Source: Patescibacteria group bacterium
GTDB lineage: Bacteria; Patescibacteriota; Saccharimonadia; Saccharimonadales; CAYUUR01
Length of the DNA stretch: 64,000 bases
NCBI GenBank assembly: GCA_052034685.1
Contig: JBPOIH010000008.1
Span: forward strand, 3,502 to 67,501
Reading direction: 5' to 3'
The position numbers and the translations under genes were made by a program. Below the pieces are notes generated by a model. That model saw nothing but the letters and a program-made list of their open reading frames with translations, had not been told where the DNA came from and made no database searches. Below are positions 37,729 through 46,587 of this stretch, in pieces (within the stretch, counting starts at the first letter, position 1; each line of letters opens with the position of its first letter).

Positions 37729-38916
37729 GTGAAGCTGACGCAAATTCAGAAACTATATGTGAGTAACTTCCTGACAGGACTGGTGTTTTGGTACGGAATT
37801 GAGAAGCTGTTTATGCAGAGTATCGGCATCGATGCGGTCGGTGTTGGCACGGTCGCGGCTGTAGGCGCAGCGGCTAGTCTGTTGCTGGAAATTCCTGGGG
37901 GCATGCTTGCCGACAAGTGGAGTCGTAAGGGTACATTGCTGCTCTCAGTCTTTTCTCTAGCTGTTTCGTCGACTATATTAGGTCTAAGCCAGGGGCTTGC
38001 ACAATATGTTGCCGGCATGCTCGTGTATTGTGTCTTTCTTGCGACGAGCAACGGTATTTATCAGGCAGTTATTTACGACAGTTTGCGTGAAGAAAAGCGT
38101 AGCCAAGAGTATAGCAAGATCATGGGTCGCGCCTATGGATTATTTCTGGTCGGCGCAGGCGTAGCCAACATTGCCAGCGGTTTTATTGGCGATGCGTTTG
38201 GGTACGAGACAGCTTATTTGCTCACGCTTTTGTCGTGTGTTGTGAATGCGCTAGTGCTGGTGTCACTTCGAGAGCCAAAGTTACATCGCCCTGAACAGAA
38301 GGAACTTCTTATTAAACAGCTAGGTAAAAGCGTCCGTAATATTACCCATATTCGTGCGTTAAGGAGTCTGGTAGTAGTGTTTACAGCGCTCTCAATAGTT
38401 GAGCTCTTCAAGCTTGACTTTGGTCAGCTCTACATTCTGCATTACGTAACATCACCACAGATAGTAGGCATCCTCTGGGCATTCTTTGCATTTATGTGGG
38501 CAATCGGCAGCGTATTGGCGCACCGTTGGCGGACGCGGCTGACAACACTAGTGTTAGCCAGTACAGTACCGCTGATTATTATTGCTTTGGTCGACCATCC
38601 AGTTAGCCTAGCTCTTTTCATGGTGCAGATTATCGCGTCAGCAGCACTCGTCAACCAGATTGAAACACGGATTCAGGAAGAGACCCCGTCCTCTGTTCGG
38701 GCGTCAATTCTTTCGGTTTTGGCAACGATCGGCCGTGTTATTGCGATCCCTGTAAGCTTTGTCATCGGCTGGATCATCCGTGATTATGGTGCGTTTCATG
38801 CAGTACAGGTAATCGCGGTTGTTGCAGCGGCGACGCTGATCTATTGGTTGCTTGTGGAGCACCGTAGCCCCAAACTTGATGTCGCCATCCTTGCCGATCC
38901 TAACATCATCGTGTAA
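37729..38916 (+). CDS. MFS-type transporter
   Basis: About 12 predicted TM helices and an MFS-like loop motif (GGMLADKWSRKG). The ORF's first 33 codons overlap tRNA-Gly, so the GTG at 37729 is proposed as the start (uncertain). Confidence 0.65.
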   Translation: MKLTQIQKLYVSNFLTGLVFWYGIEKLFMQSIGIDAVGVGTVAAVGAAASLLLEIPGGMLADKWSRKGTLLLSVFSLAVSSTILGLSQGLAQYVAGMLVYCVFLATSNGIYQAVIYDSLREEKRSQEYSKIMGRAYGLFLVGAGVANIASGFIGDAFGYETAYLLTLLSCVVNALVLVSLREPKLHRPEQKELLIKQLGKSVRNITHIRALRSLVVVFTALSIVELFKLDFGQLYILHYVTSPQIVGILWAFFAFMWAIGSVLAHRWRTRLTTLVLASTVPLIIIALVDHPVSLALFMVQIIASAALVNQIETRIQEETPSSVRASILSVLATIGRVIAIPVSFVIGWIIRDYGAFHAVQVIAVVAAATLIYWLLVEHRSPKLDVAILADPNIIV

Positions 38917-38968
38917 ATACAAGCAACAGGACTAGGAACATCGGACAAAAAGTTCTAGAATAGTAGAA

Positions 38969-39325
38969 ATGGATATTCCAAAAAAGTACCTACATGACAA
39001 GTTTGTTTTGGCGATAATTAGCGCCAACGCATTCTTTACAGTGCTCATTATGCTTACCGTGCTTTTAAGGTTGAGTGGTAACACTGCCGGTAGGTTTATT
39101 GTGCAATATCGCGAGAACCTCGGGCTCAACCCGTTTCTGCCTGGTAATGTACTGTCAATTATTAGCTTTGTCATCTTTGCGGTGCTGATCCTCGTGATTA
39201 ATACAACCATAAGTAGTCGTGTCTATGAGCAGAAGCGAGAATTGTCACTGGTGGTATTAGTCCTCACGCTGTTGCTACTGATTTTGGCATTAATTGTAAG
39301 TAATGCACTGCTAGTCGTTCAATAA
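38969..39325 (+). CDS. Small integral membrane protein (118 aa)
   Basis: Three or four TM helices. TAGAAT box 7 nt upstream of the ATG. Immediately precedes the GT2 gene. Confidence 0.55.
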   Translation: MDIPKKYLHDKFVLAIISANAFFTVLIMLTVLLRLSGNTAGRFIVQYRENLGLNPFLPGNVLSIISFVIFAVLILVINTTISSRVYEQKRELSLVVLVLTLLLLILALIVSNALLVVQ

Positions 39326-39329
39326 CGTC

Positions 39330-40922
39330 ATGAAAGATATAGAAATACCGTATCAGTCTGAAAAGACCAAAAAATATAGACTATTCGAAATCATTCCTGG
39401 TGCAATTAGCTGGACAATCTTGGCGATGCCATTCATCCTGAGCTTGATCAATGCTGGTGTTGCAGCGTTCATAATTATTGCGTATCTGCTGCTGTGGTTT
39501 GTAAAGGCCGTCGGCTTAAATATTCGGTCCCTACAGGGCTATAACATGCTACAAAAACAGCAAAAATATGATTGGGCCGCCATGCTCAACGAGCTTGAAG
39601 TAGGTGAGGTCAGTGACGCTGAGGCCAAGCGCCCCAAGTGGCATTATGATAATTTGCTTCGTTTGCAGGTGAAGGCGGCGCGCGTTAAGCCAAGTGAGCT
39701 CACGCATGTGCTGATGATTGCGGCATACAACGAAACGCGCGATGTTTTGGAACCGACTATTCAAGCAGTGCTGAAAAGTAAGTTCGACATGAAAAAAGTC
39801 ATATTGGTGTTTGCATATGAAGAGCGCGGCGGCGAAGCTACAGATACGCTCATCAAGGATCTTACCAAAACATATGGCAAACACTTTAGGCACGCCATGT
39901 GCGTAAAACACCCTGCCGGCACACCGGGCGAGGTGATAGGTAAGGGGCCAAACATCACGTATGCAGGCCGAGCATTGTTGCGTTATATCGAACAAGACAC
40001 TGACCTTGATCCGTTGAACGTGATTGTTACGACGTTAGATTCTGACAATCGCCCGCACGTGCACTACCTAAATGCGCTTAGTTATCTATATGCCATGACG
40101 CCTGAACCACAACATGTCTCGTACCAGCCTATCCCGGTGTTTACGAATAATATTTGGGACGCACCGGCGGCGAGCCGTGTGATTGCCACCGGTAACACCT
40201 TTTGGAATGTCGTGTTGGCGCTACGGCCGCATATGATTCGCAACTTTTCGTCGCATGCCCAGAGCTTGCAGACCTTGATTGATACTGATTTTTGGAGCGT
40301 GCGCACGATAGTTGAAGACGGGCACCAGTTCTGGCGGACGTATTTCCGTTATGACGGAAAGCACGAGGTCTACCCGTTATATTTGCCAATCTATCAAGAC
40401 GCCGTTATCTCCTCTACATATTGGAAGACGCTGAAGGCGCAGTTTGTGCAACTGCGGCGCTGGGCGTACGGTGCATCAGATATTACCTATGTTGCCAACA
40501 AGGGTTTCTTTACCAAGAATAACGTGCCAAAAGGTGACCTGACTATGAAGTTTGGCCGCTTGATGGAAGGGCATATTTCATGGGCGACATCGCCGCTTAT
40601 TCTGGCCTTTGCTGCGTTTATCCCGATTCTCTTTAACCCAGATAATATCGCCGCTAACCAACTGCCGTTCATCGTCAGTCGTATCCAGACCTTGGCTATG
40701 CTCGGGTTGTTTGTTACGGTGTATTTAAGCTTGCGCTTACTGCCACCGCGACCAAAACGCTACAAGCCACATCGTACTTTGTTTATGTTGCTACAGTATA
40801 TTTTGTTCCCTGTTACGACAGTGCTCTATAACGGGTTATCTGGGCTGTATTCGCAGACACGTTTGATGTTGGGGCTCTATATGGATACTTTTGATGTGAC
40901 TGACAAGGTTGTGAAGAAGTAA
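39330..40922 (+). CDS. Membrane-embedded processive family-2 glycosyltransferase (cellulose/chitin-synthase-like)
   Basis: N- and C-terminal TM helices, a DxD-type motif (TLDSDN), and QLRRWAYG matching the Q(Q/R)xRW motif of processive GT2 enzymes. Confidence 0.75.
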   Translation: MKDIEIPYQSEKTKKYRLFEIIPGAISWTILAMPFILSLINAGVAAFIIIAYLLLWFVKAVGLNIRSLQGYNMLQKQQKYDWAAMLNELEVGEVSDAEAKRPKWHYDNLLRLQVKAARVKPSELTHVLMIAAYNETRDVLEPTIQAVLKSKFDMKKVILVFAYEERGGEATDTLIKDLTKTYGKHFRHAMCVKHPAGTPGEVIGKGPNITYAGRALLRYIEQDTDLDPLNVIVTTLDSDNRPHVHYLNALSYLYAMTPEPQHVSYQPIPVFTNNIWDAPAASRVIATGNTFWNVVLALRPHMIRNFSSHAQSLQTLIDTDFWSVRTIVEDGHQFWRTYFRYDGKHEVYPLYLPIYQDAVISSTYWKTLKAQFVQLRRWAYGASDITYVANKGFFTKNNVPKGDLTMKFGRLMEGHISWATSPLILAFAAFIPILFNPDNIAANQLPFIVSRIQTLAMLGLFVTVYLSLRLLPPRPKRYKPHRTLFMLLQYILFPVTTVLYNGLSGLYSQTRLMLGLYMDTFDVTDKVVKK

Positions 40923-40934
40923 ACGTTAGATCTT

Positions 40935-41165
40935 CTCTTGTCAGCTAAAGCTGACGTCTCTGTTACTTTTGTGCCGACAAAAGTAACCAAAAGCTCCCGG
41001 CAGCACAAGTCCTTAACTGAGCTGTTGATATTGTTCACAACGGCACGGCCAACTCACCGCAGCTTTGCTGCGGCTCAAACACGACCGTGCCATTTTGTTG
41101 TGAAGCAATACAACATCTCAATCAGGGCCTTGCACTTGGGTGCCGGCTTCCACGCCCGGACATCT
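40935..41165. ncRNA. Hairpin-dense convergent intergenic region (candidate structured RNA; strand undetermined)
   Basis: GTCAGC taaa GCTGAC; GTTACTTTTGT gccg ACAAAAGTAAC; a nested helix CACAAC-GGCACGG...(CCGCAGC ttt GCTGCGG)...CCGTGCC-atttt-GTTGTG. The 100-aa ORF here is rejected. Confidence 0.35.
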
Positions 41166-41195
41166 TGCCTTATAGGTCAGGTGTTCGGTTCAGGG

Positions 41196-41570
41196 TCACA
41201 CTTTGAAGGGTTCGATGGCGGCAATTATGGCTTCGAGTGACTCAAAGTGGCCATGTTCTAGAAGAACGGGCTTAAAAGTCTCAAGAATTTTTGCTTCTTC
41301 CTCAGGGGTTAGATTAATGCAAAATTTATGCTCGCTACCTCCCGGCACATCGGGGCGAGAGACGGTAAAAAACGCAAAAATATCGCCCGTGCCGACAAAC
41401 ACATCGAGCGGATGACTATCTTCACCGGTGTATCCTTCGATATCACCGTAGTCGGTTGGATAAATAACTCCTTTGAGCGGGTATGGGTCACCCTCGGCGA
41501 CATGAAAATCTTTGTACTCGCCAGTGCGTTTCTCGAGCCTGAAGGTGTCAAATGGTTTGGGTAAATGCAT
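41196..41570 (-). CDS. Inorganic pyrophosphatase-like protein (short, divergent)
   Basis: YPTDYGDIEGYTGEDSHPLDVFV resembles the family I PPase core (YP.NYG...DGDP.DVLV). Only about 124 aa, so it is a partial or divergent fold. Confidence 0.45.
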   Translation of the reverse strand: MHLPKPFDTFRLEKRTGEYKDFHVAEGDPYPLKGVIYPTDYGDIEGYTGEDSHPLDVFVGTGDIFAFFTVSRPDVPGGSEHKFCINLTPEEEAKILETFKPVLLEHGHFESLEAIIAAIEPFKV

Positions 41571-41596
41571 GAGAATAGTGTAGCAAACGGCCAAAT

Positions 41597-42001
41597 TTAT
41601 TGCTGCGGATGGAAGGCGAGGTAATGGGTGTGGGCGGCTTTATCGAAGTTCTTTAGGGTTTTTGCAGTGGTAGCCACGATATTTTGACGTGTAAGCGTTG
41701 CAGAGGTCGCCAGGGGCAATAACTGGGCCAGAATGGTGTCAGTGAGTGCCTTTGCTTCTTTGGCTGCCTGGGGGCGGTGTCTGAGGCTCTCATAGATACT
41801 TACAAACAGTAGTTCTCGCTGAAATGGCAGTTGTTTTTTACCGTGCTGTACTATTAATGACGTTTCAGGGTCGAATGACTCGATAGTCGTAAAGACCGCT
41901 TGGCAGTCAGTACAGGTGTGGCGTCGCCACTTCTGATTGAGGCGTTTTTGGTGCCGTGAGTTAGTGATCTTTGTTTTTCCAGAGCAATATAGACAAACCA
42001 T
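41597..42001 (-). CDS. nrdR: NrdR-like transcriptional repressor
   Basis: N-terminal zinc ribbon CLYCSGKTKITNSR...CTDCQAVFTTIE, as in NrdR. The C-terminal ATP-cone region is short and divergent. Confidence 0.55.
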   Translation of the reverse strand: MVCLYCSGKTKITNSRHQKRLNQKWRRHTCTDCQAVFTTIESFDPETSLIVQHGKKQLPFQRELLFVSIYESLRHRPQAAKEAKALTDTILAQLLPLATSATLTRQNIVATTAKTLKNFDKAAHTHYLAFHPQQ

Positions 42002-42064
42002 GTCTATATGTTGACATTACGCTAGTGCTTTTGCAAGTGGAAAACTTGGGCAAATCTGTGGGAA

Positions 42065-42092
42065 ACAAAAAACCAGCTCCCACCAGCTGGTT
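42065..42092 (-). terminator. Minus-strand intrinsic terminator
   Basis: AACCAGCT cccacc AGCTGGTT. On the minus strand it is followed by a T-run (A-run 42065-42072 on plus). There is no T-run on the plus side. Confidence 0.7.
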
Positions 42093-42298
42093 GTATCGGT
42101 GGTAGCTACTTGGTAGCTACACTTGATTGTCTATTGCGACGTACACGATTTTGCGTGGTTCGAACTGTTAACTCTTCGTAAAACAGTTTGAACGACTCGA
42201 GCGAACTCGAATTGTTACTCACACACATTCCTCGATTAACGTGCTTAACCTTAACATAACAGTAGAATAATGTCAATGGTTGTGCTAGAATAAGCGGA

Positions 42299-43381
42299 AT
42301 GTCCACCTCTGTTTTTAACGTAAAAAATACAAACGGCTTTCAGCGAGTTGGTGTTTTGCATACTCGTGCTGGTGATGTGCCGACGCCGACTTTTATGCCG
42401 GACGGTACCAGGGGTGCGGTGAAGAGCCTGACGCCGGAGATGGTCGAATCTACTGGGGTTGGGGTGGTATTGGCGAATACATACCATCTACACCTGGCCC
42501 CGGGCGAGGATACTATTGCTGAACTTGGCGGACTACACGCCTTTACTAACCGCAAAGGTCCTATGCTGACTGACTCCGGTGGCTTTCAGGTGTTTTCACT
42601 AGCAAAGATCAACAAGATTACCGAAGATGGTGTGACTTTTAAAGACCCCAAGACGGGCGATACAGTGTTCTTGAGCCCAGAGATCTCCATTCAGATACAG
42701 ATGAAACTAGGTGCCGATATGATTGTTGCGTTTGATGACGTGACTGCGCTTGATGCCAAGGGGCGTGACCGCACGCTTGAGGCTTTTGAGCGCACACATC
42801 GTTGGCTGGAGCGTTCTTTGGCCGAGTTTCAGCGTCTCACCAAAGGCATGAAAGATAGTGAGCGACCACTGTTGTTTGGTGTGGTACAGGGTGGGCTCGA
42901 CAAAGAGCTGCGCCGCCGCAGCCTAGAAATCGTACAGTCCTTACCAGTAGACGGCATCGCTATAGGTGGCCTGTCAGTAGGCGAGAGCACCGAAGAAATG
43001 CACGGTATGCTTAAGTTTTTGGCCGATCATTACGATGATTCGCCGCGTCCACGCTTCTTGCTGGGTGTTGGCGACCCGCGTGACTTGCGGTTTGCAATCG
43101 AGCACGGCATCGACATGCTCGATTGCGTGCTGCCAACAAGGAATGCCAGGCATGGAACGGTATGGATCGAAGGCGACAAGCGCGTCCACCTGACGAACGA
43201 ACGTTTTGCTAAAAGCATCGAAGTTATTGACCCTGGCTGCGACTGCTACGCCTGTGCCAAAGGTTTCTCCAAAGGCTTCTTGCGTCACCAGTTCAAAGTG
43301 GGCGAACCTCTTGCCGGCACTTTGGCCAGCATTCACAACATCCGGTATCTGCAACGCATCTGCGAAGAGTATCGGGCTTAA
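42299..43381 (+). CDS. tgt: tRNA-guanine transglycosylase (queuine tRNA-ribosyltransferase)
   Basis: TPTFMPDGT, LTDSGGFQV, GLSVGE, and the zinc site CDCYAC...H. TGCTAGAAT box 7 nt upstream of the ATG. Confidence 0.9.
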   Translation: MSTSVFNVKNTNGFQRVGVLHTRAGDVPTPTFMPDGTRGAVKSLTPEMVESTGVGVVLANTYHLHLAPGEDTIAELGGLHAFTNRKGPMLTDSGGFQVFSLAKINKITEDGVTFKDPKTGDTVFLSPEISIQIQMKLGADMIVAFDDVTALDAKGRDRTLEAFERTHRWLERSLAEFQRLTKGMKDSERPLLFGVVQGGLDKELRRRSLEIVQSLPVDGIAIGGLSVGESTEEMHGMLKFLADHYDDSPRPRFLLGVGDPRDLRFAIEHGIDMLDCVLPTRNARHGTVWIEGDKRVHLTNERFAKSIEVIDPGCDCYACAKGFSKGFLRHQFKVGEPLAGTLASIHNIRYLQRICEEYRA

Positions 43382-44157
43382 GCTTTCTCCGTAACGTAAC
43401 GCATTAAGTCCACAGCGTTCTGGGTGACAAAGCGTAAGTTATCGATGACTACTCCCAGTGAGAATTCGTACCCACCTGCGGCCTCTCGTGTTTCGAGTCG
43501 GTGCTTTAGCGCTGCTGTCTCTGAGACGTCTTGTACGCCAAGCTCGGCAACTCCCTTGTTTGCTCCAACTATACTTTCGACCTTTCCCGTCACGCCTACC
43601 AGCAAGCCTCTTTCGACGCCGCCGGAGACAGCTGGCATGAAACTCCTCACCCTTGTAATGCCACCGAGCGCCGTCTCAATCTCGGTGACATGCGGATGCT
43701 CGATCAGTCGCTTAGCCAGCCTGATTTCAGATGGGCTGATTTCATGAGCGTAGGAGCTGCCACCAACTGCAAAGACACTGATTTCACGGGGGTTCTGGTC
43801 TTTGATTCCACTGACATGGAGCCCCTTAATAACAGCCGATGCAATACAACCTGGGTTGCCAAATACGCGCTCGTTGCAGTTCAGGTTTGGATCCCATGGT
43901 TCAGAGCTACTTAGCATAAGCCCGTATTGGCCTATACGACTGCGTTTTGCCGCGCCAGAAAAGTCGATGACGACGCGGTCTCTATGCGTTTTGGCGTCAA
44001 GGATGTCCTGTGCGGCGTGGGCGGGGACACAGAGTGCTACGAATTCTGCGTCTTGTGGATCATCGCATAGTTCGATGTCTGAGTTTGTGGCCAGCTCAGC
44101 TAGGTCTCGGCCGATACTGCCACGTTTGCCCTGAATATACACACCAAAGTTAGCCAT
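43378..44157 (-). CDS. ArgC-like semialdehyde dehydrogenase family reductase (short form)
   Basis: Active-site FGNPGCIASA (NPGC) and HPHVTEIETAL (compare HRHxPEIEQ of ArgC). 8-nt overlap with upstream coaB. Confidence 0.55.
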   Translation of the reverse strand: MANFGVYIQGKRGSIGRDLAELATNSDIELCDDPQDAEFVALCVPAHAAQDILDAKTHRDRVVIDFSGAAKRSRIGQYGLMLSSSEPWDPNLNCNERVFGNPGCIASAVIKGLHVSGIKDQNPREISVFAVGGSSYAHEISPSEIRLAKRLIEHPHVTEIETALGGITRVRSFMPAVSGGVERGLLVGVTGKVESIVGANKGVAELGVQDVSETAALKHRLETREAAGGYEFSLGVVIDNLRFVTQNAVDLMRYVTEKA

Positions 44158-44848
44158 GGTTCACTCCTTCACGCGCGGCGCTCATCAGTAGCACATGCGA
44201 TGTTAGGTGTCGCGCAACGTCGCGTGTGGTTCCGTTTATGCGCATAGATGGGTATTGACCTCTTGGCACAGCGTAGACGGTGCGTGTTCGAGGGTGAATG
44301 CTTTTCAGGTCGTTTGCGACGCACATGTCAGTGCGGTTAGCGGCAATTTGGGTTCGTGCTGTTTCTAGTAGTTCACCAGAACTGACCCCGCTCAGAAGTT
44401 TGAAACCGACTATATAGGTATGTTTACCAAAATGCTCACGGAGACTCGCCAGAATCTTTGGGTTGCGTCGCATCCTGATGACAAGCTCGTCCTCGTTTGA
44501 GCTTATTTTGCCTTCACTGACGACAGGCGAGTAGTCTGCGACAGCCGCTGCCTGCATGACTACGCGGGCTGATTTGATTGATTTGAGTTTCTCGTCTAAA
44601 TCCGCACAGCTTGAAAACGTGCGGTGTTCCACGCCTTCAATTTCGCCGTATCTATCAGTGACAGCCCGGGGTGCCAGTAGCAGTACGTTTCTGTCATAAG
44701 ACGCACATTCTTCTGCAAGCGCGTGGCCGAGTGCACCACCAGAAAAGTTACTAACGAATCGCACGTCATCAATCTGTTCTCGTGTACCGCCAGCGGTTAT
44801 CACGATATCGCGCTGCTCTATTTGTGTTGTGTTGCCTGGGTATTCCAT
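44150..44848 (-). CDS. coaB: Phosphopantothenate-cysteine ligase (CoaB domain only)
   Basis: ITAGGTREQIDDVRFVSNFSGGALGHALAEE matches the CoaB nucleotide-binding signature. SD AAGGAG lies 8 nt upstream. Confidence 0.75.
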   Translation of the reverse strand: MEYPGNTTQIEQRDIVITAGGTREQIDDVRFVSNFSGGALGHALAEECASYDRNVLLLAPRAVTDRYGEIEGVEHRTFSSCADLDEKLKSIKSARVVMQAAAVADYSPVVSEGKISSNEDELVIRMRRNPKILASLREHFGKHTYIVGFKLLSGVSSGELLETARTQIAANRTDMCVANDLKSIHPRTRTVYAVPRGQYPSMRINGTTRDVARHLTSHVLLMSAAREGVNHG

Positions 44849-44987
44849 GGTCCTGCTCTCCTTATTTAGTGGCTACAGCATGAAATACTTCTAAAATCTA
44901 GAATAGGTGAGAATATAATACAAAGTTATAATTTGTAAAATTTAAGGTGTTATTTGATGAGAATCTATTATAATATTGATTCATAAT

Positions 44988-45752
44988 ATGAATAGTATCG
45001 AACCATACCTACAACAAATCGGCCTAAGCCCAAGTGAGGCTACCCTCTATCTTGCCGGTTTAAAGGCAGGAGAAACAGGGGTTAATGAGCTCGTTTCTCT
45101 TACGGGTATTAAGCGTCCAACCGCGTATCACGCCCTTAATGCACTCGTAGTTAAGGGTTTAGCAAATGAGACAAAAACTGGCCGCGAACTCGTCTATGTT
45201 ATGCGGCCACCAACTGACATTACGGGCTACTTACACGCTAAGATCGGTGACTTGTCGGAACAAGAACGCCAGCTTGCAGCGTTTTTGCCGCTGTTTCCAA
45301 AGCAATCTGTTCAGACGGACGCGAAGCTTTCGGTGCATCAATATCGTGGCGAAGCAGAGGTGAGACGGCTTATCGACATGGCGTTGTATTGTCGGACTAA
45401 GCGTTGGGATATCATTGCACCAAAGGATAACTTTATTGCCAGTAGCGAGGCCGCGTATATTCAGTACTTCAAAAAGACCAGAGAGATGCAGGGAATTGTC
45501 AGTCGTAGCTTGTGGGAGCAAAAACTCGGGCGGGGTGAGCTCAATCTACATGACATCATCAGCCGAAAACCACGCTATTTGCCGCAAGAATACATTGGTA
45601 GGTTTAAGTCGATGATGATTCTGTTTGATGACTCAATTGCCATGATTAGTTCTTATGACCAACAAGAAGGTCTGCTAGTAGAATCGTCGGAGTACTATGA
45701 CTTGCTAAAGATACTCTTTGAAGGTTTATGGATTAAGGCAGACAAGCCCTAG
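44988..45752 (+). CDS. TrmB-family transcriptional regulator
   Basis: N-terminal wHTH LGLSPSEATLYLAGLKAGETGVNELVSLTGIKRPTAYHALNALVVKGL. I prefer the ATG at 44988 over the TTG at 44976. Confidence 0.7.
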   Translation: MNSIEPYLQQIGLSPSEATLYLAGLKAGETGVNELVSLTGIKRPTAYHALNALVVKGLANETKTGRELVYVMRPPTDITGYLHAKIGDLSEQERQLAAFLPLFPKQSVQTDAKLSVHQYRGEAEVRRLIDMALYCRTKRWDIIAPKDNFIASSEAAYIQYFKKTREMQGIVSRSLWEQKLGRGELNLHDIISRKPRYLPQEYIGRFKSMMILFDDSIAMISSYDQQEGLLVESSEYYDLLKILFEGLWIKADKP

Positions 45753-45820
45753 AACGTGAGATAGTGAAGTGAATGCTATACTTCAACCATGTCAAGATGT
45801 CTGGGTGAGTAAGGGGTAGT

Positions 45821-46276
45821 ATGGCGAGTCAATATGAGAAGTATGATCTAGTAACAGGAGCCTTTGCGGCGTGGCCCGAGCTGCGTGTTTTTGGTTTCGA
45901 TGAGTTGATGGCAGGCACCGTCACTATTGACGAAGCAGAGACAAATATGTGCGATGTTGGCATTTATGATATTCCGCCCACAATGCTGCGTTCACTGCGG
46001 CAGATCGGTCAGCGGTATCCGGGAAGTTACGCACGCGTGTTTCATGATAGCCCACGTGTGATTGCTGAGCTTGTTGCCGCCCAGCTTGATGTTGAACTGC
46101 TGGTAGATACATCATTGCACCCACTGTACTCTGAGCCAGAACTGCCTGATGCATTCTGTGGAGCGGTTCTGGATACTGGTGTTGCTGGGTTGATTGTAAA
46201 AGAGAAGCCAGAAGAAAACATCACGAGGGATTACCCGGGTGCGGCTATTCTCAAGCGAGTAGAACTGCCGGTCTAA
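45821..46276 (+). CDS. Hypothetical acidic protein (151 aa)
   Basis: ORF with an SD-like GGGG upstream. No recognised motif. Preceded by a 7-codon leaderless mini-ORF. Confidence 0.45.
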   Translation: MASQYEKYDLVTGAFAAWPELRVFGFDELMAGTVTIDEAETNMCDVGIYDIPPTMLRSLRQIGQRYPGSYARVFHDSPRVIAELVAAQLDVELLVDTSLHPLYSEPELPDAFCGAVLDTGVAGLIVKEKPEENITRDYPGAAILKRVELPV

Positions 46277-46476
46277 CGGCGGTTGTTTAGGAGTTGAATC
46301 AGCTGCTGATACCGCTGGGTGAGGTTTTGCATCTCGTCGCGAGATTCGTTGGCGTTACGCAAGGCGTTGCCATAATCACCCTTGCGAGTATAGTCCTCGG
46401 TCTCTCGGGTCTCGCGTTCCATATGCGCGATGAGCTGTTGTATATCGTTCAATAATTGCGCTATCTGATTGTCCAT
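46273..46476 (-). CDS. Small coiled-coil hypothetical protein (67 aa)
   Basis: Heptad-like Gln/Leu/Glu-rich sequence. SD GGAGGA lies before the ATG at 46476. Confidence 0.45.
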   Translation of the reverse strand: MDNQIAQLLNDIQQLIAHMERETRETEDYTRKGDYGNALRNANESRDEMQNLTQRYQQLIQLLNNRR

Positions 46477-46537
46477 GCGTCCTCCTTATGTACCATAACT
46501 ATAACAAAAAGCCAGCAGTAATGCCGGCTTCTTATAG

Positions 46538-46552
46538 TGGTAGGCGATAGAG
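46538..46552 (-). repeat. Fragment copy of the tRNA-Val 3' end
   Basis: TGGTAGGCGATAGAG versus TGGTGGGCGATAGAG at 46703-46717 (14 of 15 identical). Confidence 0.7.
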
Positions 46553-46587
46553 CGTAGCGGACTTTGTCCTTTTTCGCCGCAACCATG

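Noticed and set aside
40938-41240. 100-aa ORF in the convergent intergenic region
   Set aside because: It runs through several perfect hairpins, has no SD or leaderless promoter, and has odd composition. I treat the region as a structured RNA or repeat instead.
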